64,000 nt of DNA, from NCBI RefSeq assembly GCF_036321535.1, contig NC_087437.1, positions 80,664,001 to 80,728,000 of the forward strand. The letters run 5' to 3'. This document shows positions 13,985-27,149 of this stretch, piece after piece. Positions within the stretch are counted from its first letter, which is position 1. Every line of letters begins with the position of its first letter. A program made the position numbers and the translations under genes. Source of the DNA: Camelus dromedarius (lineage: Eukaryota). Under the pieces are notes generated by a model. It was not told the DNA's origin and did not search any database. It worked only from the letters and a program-made list of their open reading frames with translations.

Positions 13985-16900
13985 CTGGTGAAGTCGAAAC
14001 AACTTACCAAGATGAGCTATTTTTACTGAGCAGATTGATGGGAGCAGCAACCTCAAAAAGCATCGTTATTAGGAAGATACCTCTGCAGTTGTCACCTACT
14101 GACCCAACAGTCTCTTCCACTGTTTGTTAGAGTATACAGCAGGAACTGAGATTGTGTGGCAGTAGAAAAGGCTCCCATGAATTAACTAGCATAAAATACA
14201 GAGCAATTTAAAATTATAAATACAAAGTTCACAAAAAGACCCTTCAACTAAACACTGTAAGTTGTACAATAATCAAGTTATTTGTGGGATTTTTGCTTTT
14301 CATAAATAAAGACATAAATTCTTCTATAAAAAGTAGTTTGTTAGCAATTAGTCACAACACAGAATAATACATTTGACTAATAAAGTCTAATTTTTTCAAT
14401 AATATGCTACTAGTTATACAAAGTACCTTGTTATGAACAGCCCACTATTACTCAAACTACAATGTTAGTACAGCCTGGAGTTATTTTCTTGAGTGATGTG
14501 TTCTTCATGTACATCTCATACCATCTTTAGAGTTGAAAAAGAACTTGAAGGTCATCCCTTCCTGAGTAATTTAATTCTGCTCTTGGAGCTTGGTTATCAT
14601 CTGTTTAAACTACCCTTGAGAGCTACCTACAGTCATACTTAGGTTTACACATTTTTTTCTCATGAAAGGAAGATGAGCTAATGAAAATTTCAAACAGAAG
14701 GCATACATATGTAGATAAGGAATGCAAGACGTCTTTCAGTAATTTTGCTTCTGTTTACGTTAATCAATGATGAAATCAGTTCACATCTTGAATATCTTAG
14801 GTCTCTTACAGATGAAGGCTATTTAAGAATATATTGGGAGGTAAGACTGAAGAAAGCTGATTATTAGGAATTTTATTTTCTTCCCCAAGTTTACCAATTT
14901 ACTCTTCTGAATGTACTTTGCTACACTGAATGAATGGTTTATTTATAGGGAAAGAGAAGATCCTCTAAGGGATGGCCCTGACAACAGTTAAGAAAACAGG
15001 ACAAAAAGCTAGAATAGGGGGAAAAACAGAGGACAAGTGGTGAATTAAAAGGCAGGAGGCTATAGATCCCAATCTATATAGTTTTGGAATGATGGGGTCG
15101 CTATATTAATAAGCACCTTGAACAGAACATTTGATTTTGTTTAGAGGGAAAGAAAAGGAACTCTTTGTTACCTTTAGATATGGGGTGAAAGTTGTAATAA
15201 CAATGTGGGGGAAGAATTAAGCAGGATTAGGTTCTGGGATTTCCCCAAGGAGGCAAAGATAGTACTGGAATGGTTGCCTGAGGTGCCATTCACTTATTTA
15301 GATGTAAAATTACAAAAGCACATAAAGAATGTAAAATTGCCATTCAATATTTGAAATATAGAACTCAATATAGAATTTAAAAAAAGAGTATTATACAAAC
15401 ACTATTTTTTTAAGGTCTAAGTTTATCACTAAAAGCACTTATGCTAAATTTTATTCTGCATTCTATTTATAGTTTTAATCAAACATGAATTTTACAGTAA
15501 AACCAAAACAATGATAACTACTTCTTTGTGACTGACACATAGCTAAAACTGAAAATTCACTGGCTTTACATTTTGGAACACATGTAAACATATAAAAAAC
15601 CCACTGGATTCACATACAGAAGTAATCTATACACTAAAGAAACAAGTTCTGTGCAAGCACAAACTCTGAAAAACATCAAAACAAACAGTATAAAGAACAT
15701 TTAGTCTTGATTGTACTATAACCCTGCTCTTTGAAATATGACACATGGACTATTAGTCAAAATTCCTGGTTCTTTAGAAACCTATCTTTTCTTAATTCTG
15801 GGTCTCTTTTTACCCAGAGAATAATTATGGACAAAGAATCTAGAAAAATCAAAGCATAAATATGAGAAAAGGTGAAAGACTTAATTCTTACTATAACATT
15901 AATAATAACATTGTGATAACCAGCTGAACTAGTATGTACTAATACATGAAAACTATACTATTTTCCAATTCTATCATGCTGCAGGGCAGATTTCTATAGT
16001 GACTGCTCTAGAAAAAGGTAGTATGAACAGGAGAGTTGGGAAAACTACTTTACCATTAATCAGTCAGCTAGCAGCAACTCAATTTTATTTACATTTGTGT
16101 CCCTGCCATCTGAAGAAGCAAACTATTAAGACCACCCACACCTCAGTTTCACTCTGAAGATTAAACATGTCTATTAGGTCATTTCTACACAACTGATTCT
16201 AGATCCAACAATTTATTTCTGGACATAGCAAATAACTGGACTTGCTCCCCATCACCTTTTGTTTGTTTGTTTTAAAGCAAATGTAAATACTCTATAGCTT
16301 TAAAAAAATCTACTCTTCAGGGAAGGGATGGGAGATGGAGTGAAGGAAGGTGAATGCACTAACAGTACTCATTACTTAGCCTTAAATGGCTCAATTTGTC
16401 ACATGGATTGGAGCTGTATTTTCTCTTCAAGTAATCCTCTTCCAACAACTATGCAGTAAAATACACAAAACATTTAGGAAATAAAGCAAATGGAAGAAAG
16501 AGATGAAGATGGGAAATATGACAGCCAAATCTATGTTATTATCAATGTGACTGCAATTACAATTTCTGTAAATCTATATATAGTTGATTAGAAAATTACT
16601 TCAACCTAATGTGAGCTTTGAAACATACCATTAAACATAAACATTAATTCCTAAGTCCATTAAGTGTTTTCCTTTAAACACAACATGTACTACTATAGTA
16701 TTTGGGGCTTTTAATCCAGAACTGCTGTTACTTATTTAATGAAATGTTTTGTATTTAGGGACTGCGGAAAACAAAATTTTGAATGGCCACAGATTTGTTA
16801 TGTGAACATTTTTAACAATGTGACTTACATTTTAAGGAGCAACTAAATACAGGGTCAGTTTTTAAAAAATAAAACATCATTTTATAACAAAACATGGATA

Positions 16901-18026
16901 AATTGTATCAAATTACAAGATTCTTTATCAAGGAGTATTTTAATAAAAGAGATTTTTATCTAATTTGAACTCATTTTGAGCAAACAAAATATGTAGATTA
17001 GTTAATGTGAAATCAAATTATACATTTTTTTTCCTTTTTCATTGAGTAGTTGGGGAGGAGAGGTGAGCCTTGGAGTACAAATGTACCTCACTTTGAAAAA
17101 AATTACCTAATAAGATTTAAGTTCATAAGGGTACCCTTCATGACCCATTTGAATTCTGGTAGATTCTTCATTTGAGAAAAAGGGCACATACCTACTTCTC
17201 TAATAGTAATGGTGTGCAGCTTAAATGAGAACATATTCAAGAACCTCCTACTGTCTGGCAAAATAAGTGTCAATTTCATTAGAGTAGATTTTATATAGCC
17301 TGAGGTGGGTGTGATTTCGATATGAATAGCTCTTCTCTAAAATTTTGACTTATTTCAAGGAGCTACAAATATTTAGCCAAAGGGGGGGGGGACTACGGAA
17401 AGCCTTATCCTTAACATTAGCAATTCAAGTAAGAAGCTTCTCATATCGACATAAATTAAGGTTAACTATGGAAGTAATCTACTCATTGAAAAAAAAATAC
17501 ATTTCCAACTTATTGGACTATTCAATAGGAGTTAAAAATCAGAATAATTTCTAGGTAAGCCCCTAAGACAAACTTAACAGTGCCTACAGACCTACTGTTT
17601 TAAAACAGTGCCTACTTGCCACAAAATTATCAATTTAGCAATATCCATGGCATGAAATGTTTAGCTATGATTTCTTGGCACAATTTCATTAAAAATACCT
17701 ACATTCAAAAATGGTTTATAGGAACCTACAAACTACTATTTTCTTGCAAGGGAAGGCATACCAAGGCAGATTACATAGATTTATTAAGGGATATTATGCA
17801 TTTTAAGTCACCAATGAGGAGACATTAAAAATTTTTGATACCAATTAGCAAAGATAATTTTGTACCACTCTCTCCGCAAAAATGCTAAAATAGAAACATC
17901 AGTGTTCATCCTACAGAGGGAATTATTCCAACTGAAAGGGTGGTGGATAAAAACACAGACGCTTAAGGTACATTTTGGCAGCACACTAAAACACATCTCA
18001 GATACTCTCAGTCAAAATAATCAGAA

Positions 18027-18153
18027 GGGGAGGAGATAGCTCAATTGGTAGAGCATATGCTTAGCATGCAAGAGGTCCTGGGTTCAATTCCCAGTACCTC
18101 TGTTAAGTAAACAGATAAATCTAATTACCTCCCCCCTCAAAAACAAAAAAAAA
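18027..18153 (+). mobile_element. tRNA-Ala-derived SINE in PCNP intron 1
   Basis: ggggaggagatagctcaattggtagagcatatgcttagcatgcaagaggtcctgggttcaattccc, then a ctaattacctcccc tail and A-rich end. Confidence 0.88.
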
Positions 18154-19049
18154 GCCATTCTGAAAACTAAAAGATAGTCTAAAAGCGAGATAAGATTCTT
18201 TAAGCTAGAGATCTTTGTTTTTCCTCAAACTATTAATTTTTCAATGTTAATTTCACTCGATAATTTCCAAGACAATTTTTGAGGAAAAAAATCGCTCACG
18301 TAGCACTACATGGTTTAAACTGCTGTTTCATAAACTATTTTACTAGTGAACAAAACAAAACAAAAGGGGAGAGGTGTGGGAAGGAGTAAGAGTTCTGGCT
18401 CAAGTAATAGCACTGTACGTATTTTTTAAAAAAGAAATTCTGGGTCCAAAGTAACCTAACATTAATTACACTTTTTTCAATTTTTGTTTCCAAGTCAATC
18501 TAAACATGTTAGTTAGGTCCTAACAGTTGCCTCCATATACTATTACTCTTCCGTATTTTCTCATACTAAATACTTTCTGGGATAAGACTTGAGGGAGAGT
18601 TAGAATAGTGTAGTACTTAAAACGTTCTAAAGACATTATGATCAGCTCGCACGTGTTAAGTCACTTGCCTTCTTAGGACAAAGCGGCGGGAGAGCTCGAG
18701 AGATTACGTGTTTCTTTTCCTTCATGCACAACACCCCAATTTAGAGAGATGGAGGTGACAGAATAAAGATAGCTGTAATCTGAGTTTACATCGTAAGGAA
18801 ATAGAGGAAGAATCATGCTAGCCTATTGAGCCACCTAAATACCTGGCATGCAGCGAAGCTGGCAACAGCTTGGCTCAGAAAGGCAGATATTCAAAGAAAG
18901 ACAACCTAACCCTATACCTCGCAGATTAAACCAGGAGGCAGGCAAAGGTATTTCTCTTTCCCTCCATCGCCTCGATCTATCCCGTTACAGGATCAGTATT
19001 AGGCTTGAAAATGTAGGAAAGAACAAGGCCGAGGTCGTCCACCTCCTCA

Positions 19050-19790
19050 GCGAAAAGGGAACAGCAAACTAACTCCTAGGTGTAACAGAGAGGCCGGCAC
19101 CGTCGGAAACTCGGCCTGCGGCCAGTTCCTGAAAGGCCACTCCTCGGTGACTCGCACTTGGTGAGCGCGCGAGTGCGTTTTATGTGATGTGCGTCTCCGG
19201 TGTGGCGGCAGCGGCCCCTGCACCGCCACTCCTATTCCCACCCCGAGTTCGGTCCCCATTTCTGGTGCCCATCTCCCTTCTCTTCGGAAGCAGGGCCTCC
19301 GCTGGGGCCAGGACGTGACCAACAGTGACCGGCTCCGCCCGACAAGGAGGCGATGTGGGCCCGGATCCCAGCGGGCCGCACCGGGCGTGCCCGGGGCTCG
19401 TCTGGGCCCAGCACCTGACCGGGTGAGCGCCAGATCTGCCCATTCTCACCCCACTCTCCTCCCCCCACCCCAGGGAGCTCAAAGAAAGGCCCACAGCATC
19501 CCACGCAGCCCGCGACGCTGGGGTTGTGTTCACCTCCGGCGGCTCCAGCTCGCTGCGGTTTCTCAGGCTTCTCCTCTCCCGCCTTCCCGTCCGCCATTTT
19601 CCCCGCCGCGGCCTCCCCTGCAGCCTCGCCAAGGACGTCACGGCCCCGCCCAGCAACCATTGAGCTTCGAAGCCAGCGCTGGAGGTGGTAGCCTAGAGCG
19701 GCCCTAGAGAATAAAGAGCGGTCCTTCGGAAACGGAAGCGGATGTGATATCATCTGCAAGCCGCCTCTAAGGAAAGGGAGGGGAAGGTGG
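19050..19790 (-). promoter_or_regulatory. PCNP CpG-island promoter / first exon region
   Basis: GC- and CpG-dense. YY1 motif CCGCCATTTT at 19591-19600, CRE-like GACGTCA near 19634-19640, tandem ETS-like CGGAAACGGAAG near 19727-19738. Confidence 0.85.
19534..19597 (-). CDS. PCNP: PCNP coding exon 1 (MADGKAGEEKPEKPQRAGAAG-)
   Basis: ATG at 19597-19595 (aaaATGG, strong Kozak) inside a CpG island. 64 nt, ending at donor GAG|GTGAAC. The peptide matches the recalled PCNP N-terminus. Confidence 0.95.
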
Positions 19791-21157
19791 TCCAGTACGG
19801 GAATGACTGGGGGCATCATTAGAGGTCAGTTTGATTTTCATTGTCTGCTGGCGGATCCAGAGGAATGAGCCGAGATGGGAACCTAACCCTGAAAACGTTG
19901 GTGAAATCTTGAAAGGTTTCTGCAGACCGGGGTGTGATTTCACCTGAAGCTAGTAGGGTCTTTCACTCTGTTTTTGCTAGCTCACGTGTACCTACTCAAA
20001 AAAAAAAAAAAAAAAAAAAAAAAAGTAGGGCCGAATTCTTTTCCCAATCTGAGGGAAGTCTGCGTTTGTCGAGCGCCCTCTTGTGTTAGACAATATCTCG
20101 TTTAAACCCCACAATAGTCCAGTGCGGATTTATCCTCTTGTTAACAGAGTTGAGACCAAAGAAAAATTTATCCAAGATCATGTAGGCAAGTGGTAAAACT
20201 GCTTTTTCTACAGGCCGCAATTTTCTGTGTGGAGACGTTACTTGACTACGTGAAGGCCACGGCTGTTTCTGTCTTATTTAGAAACTGAGTGAGTCCCGAG
20301 GGTTTGAGAATGAAGTCCAAGCCTTAGCCTAACTTTTCAGCTTCACCTTCCCTATTTCTCTGTATTTATACTGTCCTCTTGCCATACGGGGCTGCCTTTT
20401 GCCATATGCCCTTTCTTGTCTAGGAAACTAGTTTTTGGGTTTGTCATACAGTATACAGTGAGTGTTACAGAAATTGGTCTTAAGGAGTCAAAACTTGGGT
20501 TTAAATCCCTAATCTGTTCTTAACTGGCTTAATAAACCTTGAGGGTTTCTTATTGCCTACAGACCTACATTTCCTTCTCTATAAAATAGAAATAATAACA
20601 GTACTTCCTCAAAGGGTGGTCCTGGGGATCAAATGAGATACTGGGTTACATATACCATTCTTTGGTCACTTTTTACTTCTTTCAGTACGTGTTCAAAGAA
20701 AAAAAAAAGTCTCCCTATATGGCTCAAAAGTTCTTTGACGATGGAGACCATTAAAAAAATTTTTTTTCTTCACTGTGTTTTGTATTGAACGTTTCATATA
20801 TGAAAGATGTTCAGTATTTGTGTATGGATGGTTCCGCAGGCTCCATCTGGCAAATAAAGAAAGAATCAAAGTGTGTTTCCTGTGACAGAAGGACAGTTTG
20901 CTGATACGGTGATTTGGTGATTTCAAGTCCTTGGTCCCCATTTATGACGGTATATGTAAAAGTGCCAGCAAAGTATTTTACATAGAGCAGATAATTAATT
21001 CAAGTTTGTTTCATTTTTCCTAGATGTGATCTCCAAAAGTTACTTAATCACTGACACTCTATCATTTTTCACTAGAGACATAAACATGAGATTTTATGTG
21101 TAATTATGTATTTATTTATGGATGTTTATATTTTTAAATGAGAAAAATGAAGTTCAG

Positions 21158-21270
21158 GGGGGAAGAGTGCAAGCTTAGCCTGCAGGAGGTCCTAGGTTCA
21201 ATCCCCAGTTCCTCCATTTAAATAAATAAATAAATAAATGACTTAATTACCCTCCCTCCCCACCAAAAAA
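21158..21270 (+). mobile_element. tRNA-derived SINE with internal 5' deletion and 17-bp TSD
   Basis: Perfect TSD agaaaaatgaagttcag at 21141-21157 and 21271-21287. B-box ggttcaatccc. Confidence 0.88.
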
Positions 21271-22889
21271 AGAAAAATGAAGTTCAGAGAGGTCACATAT
21301 AGCTATCCAGTTCCATATACCACATTGTAGAAGTTAAGGATGGAAGATATTAATCCATTCACCTCTCAGTTCCATGAGATCATATCGTGCCTATCTTGCT
21401 CACCATTGTTTCCCTAGGACCTAGACTATGCCAGTTTTCAATAAATACTCATTGGGAAAAATGAATGCAAGCTTCAGTAACCCCAAACAAATGGGTTAAG
21501 GAATGAAAAGGCAGTGTAGTGCAGGGCAAAGAGCAGCAGCATTGCATCAGACAAAACTAAATTTAAATTCTAACCCTGCCATTTGCTAATTCTGTGAGTT
21601 TGAACTGATAAAGTAATCTTACTGAATATGTTTTAACTATAAAAATGTACTAATACTTAGAGGGTTACTGAGAAGATAAGTGATAATACAGGTAAAATGT
21701 GTAATATAGTGCCTAGTTCATGGTGGGCACTTGCTCAATAAGAGCTATTGTTTGTGACCTCTAAAAAGCCATTCAGATGATTTAAAAAGCTGGAAATGGG
21801 AGGTAATATGGACAACTATTGTTTTAATGTAAATATGTTATTTGTGAGTATAATATCTAACATATATTCATGCTTACTGTATGCCAAGCATAGTTTGCAA
21901 GTTTTTAACAAGAAATCAAGTACATCCTATGAATTAAGTGCTACTATTGCTCTTTTATGGAAGAGGTAACTGTGACACTGAAAAGGTAAGTAAGAGGTAG
22001 AGCTGATCTTGGAATTCAGGCAGAGAGCTACAACAAAATCAGAGAGGAAAAGTGGCTAATCATGATTTCACTAACAATCTGGGACCATACTTTGAGAATC
22101 ATGGCCCTAATTCATTCACTTTCCTAGACTGTTTCATACCTTCTGTGCTCTCCAGAAACATCCAAGAACTCCTCCCCTTCAACTGATGACTGTGCTTTCC
22201 AGTGAGAAAATAACAGAAATCAAAACAATTTCTGTATATTCAGAAATCATAATAATTCTGTATGTATCTGTGGTGTGGTACCTGCATTTGTAGTTATATT
22301 TTCTGTCTTATTTTGTTACTTATGCAGTAAATTCCATCCTTCTTCCTTACATAAGGTCTCACTCGACTGTTCCATCATATTCTTCTCCCACCCCCAACTA
22401 CTGGATCATTCCCCAACAGCAAATATACATGTTCTTGTATCTCCTATTTTTATATAACAAAAACAAAAACTCCTCTCTTGATTTCATTACTCCCTCTAGC
22501 TCCTCATCACTATTTCCCTTCATATAGAAACTCTTTGATAGGATTATTTATGCTCATTGTCTCCAGATCTTTGATATTTGATACCTACCATCCTGGTCCA
22601 ACCCACTATTATCTTTCACCTATGTTACTGCAATAGCCTCCTCACTGGTCCCTCTTTTCTAATCTAGTCTCAATAAAGCAGCAAAAGTGATCCTTTTGAA
22701 ATGAATCAGTTGCATTCACTCAACAAATTTTAAAGTGCTTGTTATGTGCCAGGCACTGTACCAGGTCCTGGGGATACAGCAGTAAATATGACAAAAATAA
22801 AAATCCCGGCCCTCATAGAGCTTACATTCTAGTCTTCCTATTAAAACATCAGGAACATGTCACTTTTTTGCTCAAGACTATCCAATCTT

Positions 22890-23167
22890 CATAGAATACA
22901 AACTTGTGGTTGCCAAGGGGGAGGGGAGTGGGAAGGGACAGAATGGGAGTTCGAAATTTGTAGATACTGACAGGCATATGTAAAATAGATAAACAAGATT
23001 ATACTGTGTAGCACAGGGAAGTGTGTGCAAGACCTTGTGGTAGCTCACAGCAAAAAAAAGTGATAATATATGTATGTTCATGTATAACTGAAAAATTGTG
23101 CTCTACACTGGAAATTGACACAACATTGTAAAGTGACTATAACTCAATAAAAAAAGTTAAAAAAAAA
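22890..23167 (+). mobile_element. Young 5'-truncated L1 3' end
   Basis: L1 3'UTR ending gactataactcaataaaaaa. TSD actatccaatctt at 22877-22889 and 23168-23180. Confidence 0.85.
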
Positions 23168-23633
23168 ACTATCCAATCTTTACATTTTATTCAGAATAAA
23201 ACCCAAAATCCTTACAGTGGCTTAAGAGTCTTATATGACAGATCCCTAGCTGCTCCTGTGACCCCATTTTCAGCTCTCTTTATCCACACTGCTTCAGCTA
23301 CACTAGCCTCCTTTTATCTTGAACCTTCTTTCACAGCCTGTCCACTCATTGTTCCCTTTCCCGGGAATTCCCTTCCCTCACATCTCCATAGCTCACTCTC
23401 ACTTCCTTCAGGTCTTTGCTCAGATGTCATCTTGTCAGTCTTTGTGCAAACTAGAAAAGGGATATCCTGTTATTGGATGCAGTCTTTAAACCACATGGCT
23501 TAAAGGCAGATGGTGCCTATATATGAAAAAAAATGGTGCTTCTTTCTTCTAGCAAACATGGCCCTGTACCAGAGAGTAATATGGGTGCTCTTGTGCAGTG
23601 AACAGCCTACGTAGAAGACAGTCCCCAACCAAT

Positions 23634-23786
23634 CTTTTTTTCTTTCTTTTCTTTTTTTGGTTTTGGTTGGGGGCGGGGGAGAATTAGGTTTATTTATTTA
23701 TTTACTTAAGGGAGGCACTGGGAATTGAACCCAGGACTTTGTGCATGCTAAGCATGCACTCTACCACTGAGCTATAACTTCCCACT
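23634..23786 (-). mobile_element. tRNA-derived SINE
   Basis: Reverse complement of the same SINE family. T-rich tail near 23634-23660, TSD-like cccaaccaa on both sides. Confidence 0.85.
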
Positions 23787-25353
23787 CCCAACCAACCTTT
23801 TATAAAAAAGTAATGCCTCCTCACTCCAGCTTTCCCCTTTCTCCTTTAACCTTCATATTACTTACTACCATCTGACATTTTACATTACTTTGGCCTGTCT
23901 CCTTTCTGCCATCTAGAATTTAATATCCATAAAAGCTGGAGATATTTTGTTCACTGCTGTAACACCAACAACTAAAATACTTCTGTGTACATTGTAGGTA
24001 CCCAATAATTTTTCTACTTTTTTTAAAATTGAAGCTCAATAAATATTTGCTGAATGAATGAATGAACCAATGAGGCAGATAAACTGTTAAGACTGGGAAA
24101 AAGAAGATAATTGCTGTGATAAGGAAATGAAGGATTGTTTCAAGGAGGGAAAAGTTCAGTGAGATATCCATGGTCCATTATTTAGTAAGAAGTAGCCATT
24201 GAATCTGGCTGGAAAGGATAGAATTGATATAAGCACAGAACAGATCACAGTGCACTGTTCAGTGCACTCAAGCCACTGAGGAACTGAGCTCTTACTGATA
24301 AAGCACTGAAGCAGTTTGCTTTTGTTAAAGAGGACTCTATTGTTTTGGTAGGACTGCGTTTTACTTTATTGAAGATTTAGTATTCATATTAAGACGTGCT
24401 GTAACTATTAAAACACTAGATTTTGAATGCTTAGTTTGAAAAAACTAATATGAATATAAAATCTCATTCATTTTTAATAATACAAATTGAAATAATAGTA
24501 TGGACATATGGACATAAAATAAACTTCATCTCTTTAACGTGGCTATTGGGAATTTTAAAAGTATGTAAGTGTATTCCATTATATTTCTGTTTAACAGCAG
24601 TGGTGTAGAGGAAATGGAAACTTCTCAATATTGACTTGAAGGATCTGGCTTAGAACTTAAACTGTGTATTATAGTAGAAATAATAGTAGCAAACAGACTT
24701 TTAAAAACTTTTATTAGAAGTTGGGAATTTGGTAGCATGTTTGAAAAGAGCAAAAGGAGAGAACTAGAAATGTTATTACATGAAAACATTAATAGGTAAG
24801 AAGGGGAAGACAATGAGAACATAGGCAACAAAGCCATCAAAGATGATGAATACTATAAATTATTAGGTGTTTGAGATAGAGAGAAAAGCTGTTACTGCCT
24901 ACTTAGTGCTGGGAAATGAGACCATCTAGTTTGGAGAAATTGAAGCAGTATCTGAGGTTCTGCTAAATTCTAAATTCTAAAAAATTTGGAAAACTAAAAT
25001 CAGTTTGAGCTCAAACTGTGGATAAGCTTGCCACTGATTTATCTACATGAGAAGCAGTTTTAGAAATCAGTTATTGCTTTTTAAAAAATTATACTGTTGC
25101 ATCACTGAAACACCTTAGCATATTGTTACACAGAAATAGAAATATACTCCTCAAAGGGACACAATAACTTGCATATAGTGTATTAGATATTCTATATATT
25201 CTGAATATATAGTCTGAATTAGATAGTTTATATTTACTTAGCACTTATGTGCCAGACACCATATTCAATGTTTTATGTCAAGAACTATTTCTCTTTTTTA
25301 TAGATGAGGAAAACTGAAATTTCAAGAGATTAATCAATTTAAGCAATGTCAGA

Positions 25354-25459
25354 GGGGAGGATATAGTGTTAGCATACACGAGGTCCTGGGTTCAATCCCC
25401 AGTACCTCCATCAAAAATAAATAAACCTAATTACCTCCCTCCCCCCCAAAACAAACAAA
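25354..25459 (+). mobile_element. tRNA-derived SINE with A-box deletion
   Basis: TSD aattta(a/g)gcaatgtcaga at 25336-25353 and 25460-25477. B-box intact. Confidence 0.85.
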
Positions 25460-25632
25460 AATTTAGGCAATGTCAGAACCTGTCAGGGTGGAACGCAGAG
25501 AGCAGGGCTGGGACACAGACTAGTGAGGTGCTCTAGGAGCCTTGTTTGCTTTCCTCTAGTGCCGATCCTGTCAGGCAGTCTTAACCCCTTGTTCTTAACC
25601 ACTGTGCTACTTTACGTATGTATATATGTTAG

Positions 25633-25679
25633 CGGAGGTACTGGGGATCGAACCCAGGACCTCTTGCACACTAAGCAAG
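25633..25679 (-). mobile_element. Partial tRNA-derived SINE
   Basis: ggaggtactggggatcgaacccaggacctcttgcacactaagca is the reverse complement of the SINE 3' half. Confidence 0.75.
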
Positions 25680-27149
25680 CTTTTATTTTCAATCTATCTC
25701 AAGCTGTTCAAGTATTAGCACCTTGCTACTTAGTAGGGTCTAAGAGTTGAAATTCACTCATAATGCACTTCTCATCAATTCTAAGTTTACACATCACTTT
25801 CTTAAAGGCCTTTCCCGATTCCTTGAGTTTGGGCTAGGCATTCTGTGTTTTTCCATTCCATTTCACACTTGCCTTATTATAGAGGGCTTAATTTATAGAT
25901 TAAAAGCTGAGACTAAAGTCAGACAGACCTTTTGAATTGAGATACTTAAAGGCTGAATTATTTTAAGTAAATTTTCCTTATCTGTAAAAAAGGTGTTAAT
26001 GATAGTACATAAACTTAGTTGTTTAAATAATTAATGAAAATTGCATAGTAACTATTTGGCACAGAGTAGGTACTTAGTATTTGGTAGAAGACTTGAGTCC
26101 TGCTTTAAGAGATGTATTGGATAGTATACCTTGTGCTAATTTCCAGTTTAGGAACTAGGTACAAATACTTGGCCATACATCTCTATTTCCCATGTTTTCA
26201 AAATTTTTAATGGTGCAAAAAGTCTACAATGAATATGGTTCCTAAAGTTCATTTCTGTATGCCTGACTTCCTTCACAGAAGAGGGCATGGTCACCACCAA
26301 TTCCAGAGCTTCCTATCTCTCAAAGTTTGCCACTAGAAAAGTTAACACAGGCTATCTTGAGAAGTCCAAAAATCCTGGAAAAGGATTCTGACTGACCTGT
26401 CTTAAAGTCAGATACACATCTCAAAGCTTGAGTGAGGTGTCTTTTTTGGGATAATCAGCTGTGGCCAGGGGGTAAGGTCTGTAAAAATATGGCAGCTTCC
26501 ATTCAAATCACAGGGCTAGAGAATAGGAAGTATTTCCTTGAAAAAAAAAAAAAAAAGCCATCTACAATATGGGAAGTGCTATAGTAACACTCTAAAATAA
26601 ATCATTTTTCCTAAAAGGACAAGAAATGAGTTTTATCCCCACAAGCCCACTTGGCATTATGCAGCCCAATTTCATGACATGCCAAGGGGTGTCTTAACTT
26701 TCTGTTTAACCAAGATACAGTTAAACAATATACCTTAGTGCCTATGACATGCCCAGCACTGTACCAACTGTTACTTTAAAAAATCAACCACCACCTGAAG
26801 ATTCATCAATTTTTGAAGAAAGGGTAGTTACTGACATGGCTAAAAGAACATTTAAGAAGGAAAATGAAGTCTGAGGCTCAAAGTAGTCATAAAAAAGCCA
26901 CACCAGTGGTACAGTTGTTTTACTGGACTCAAATAAATGTGGACAACTCTTTTTACTTTTTAATACTATTGTTTCCTTTTATAGTAAACAAAATATAGTT
27001 CCAAAGTTTTGTAGATATTTAATTAATCGGAGAAAGACAGTATTTCAGTTAGTTTGGAAAAACAACCTTTAAAAGAAAGAGCAAGTGAATTCCATTCAGG
27101 ATGAAATAGACTAATAGAACTGGATTATAATGAATTATTCTAATTCAAG

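Noticed and set aside
13825..14130. Plus-strand 101-aa ORF antisense to PCNP exon 2, and similar antisense ORFs at 27973 and 35069
   Set aside because: Shadow ORFs of real coding exons with no independent support.
18027..18100. tRNA-Ala-like sequences here and at 3174, 23710 and 49302 as real tRNA genes
   Set aside because: Acceptor stems pair poorly, and the copies have SINE-specific tails, A-rich ends and mostly TSDs, so they are SINEs.
19047..19819. Long overlapping ORFs (91-195 aa) at the PCNP promoter
   Set aside because: Stop-poor GC-rich CpG island. Only the 64-nt PCNP exon 1 is supported.
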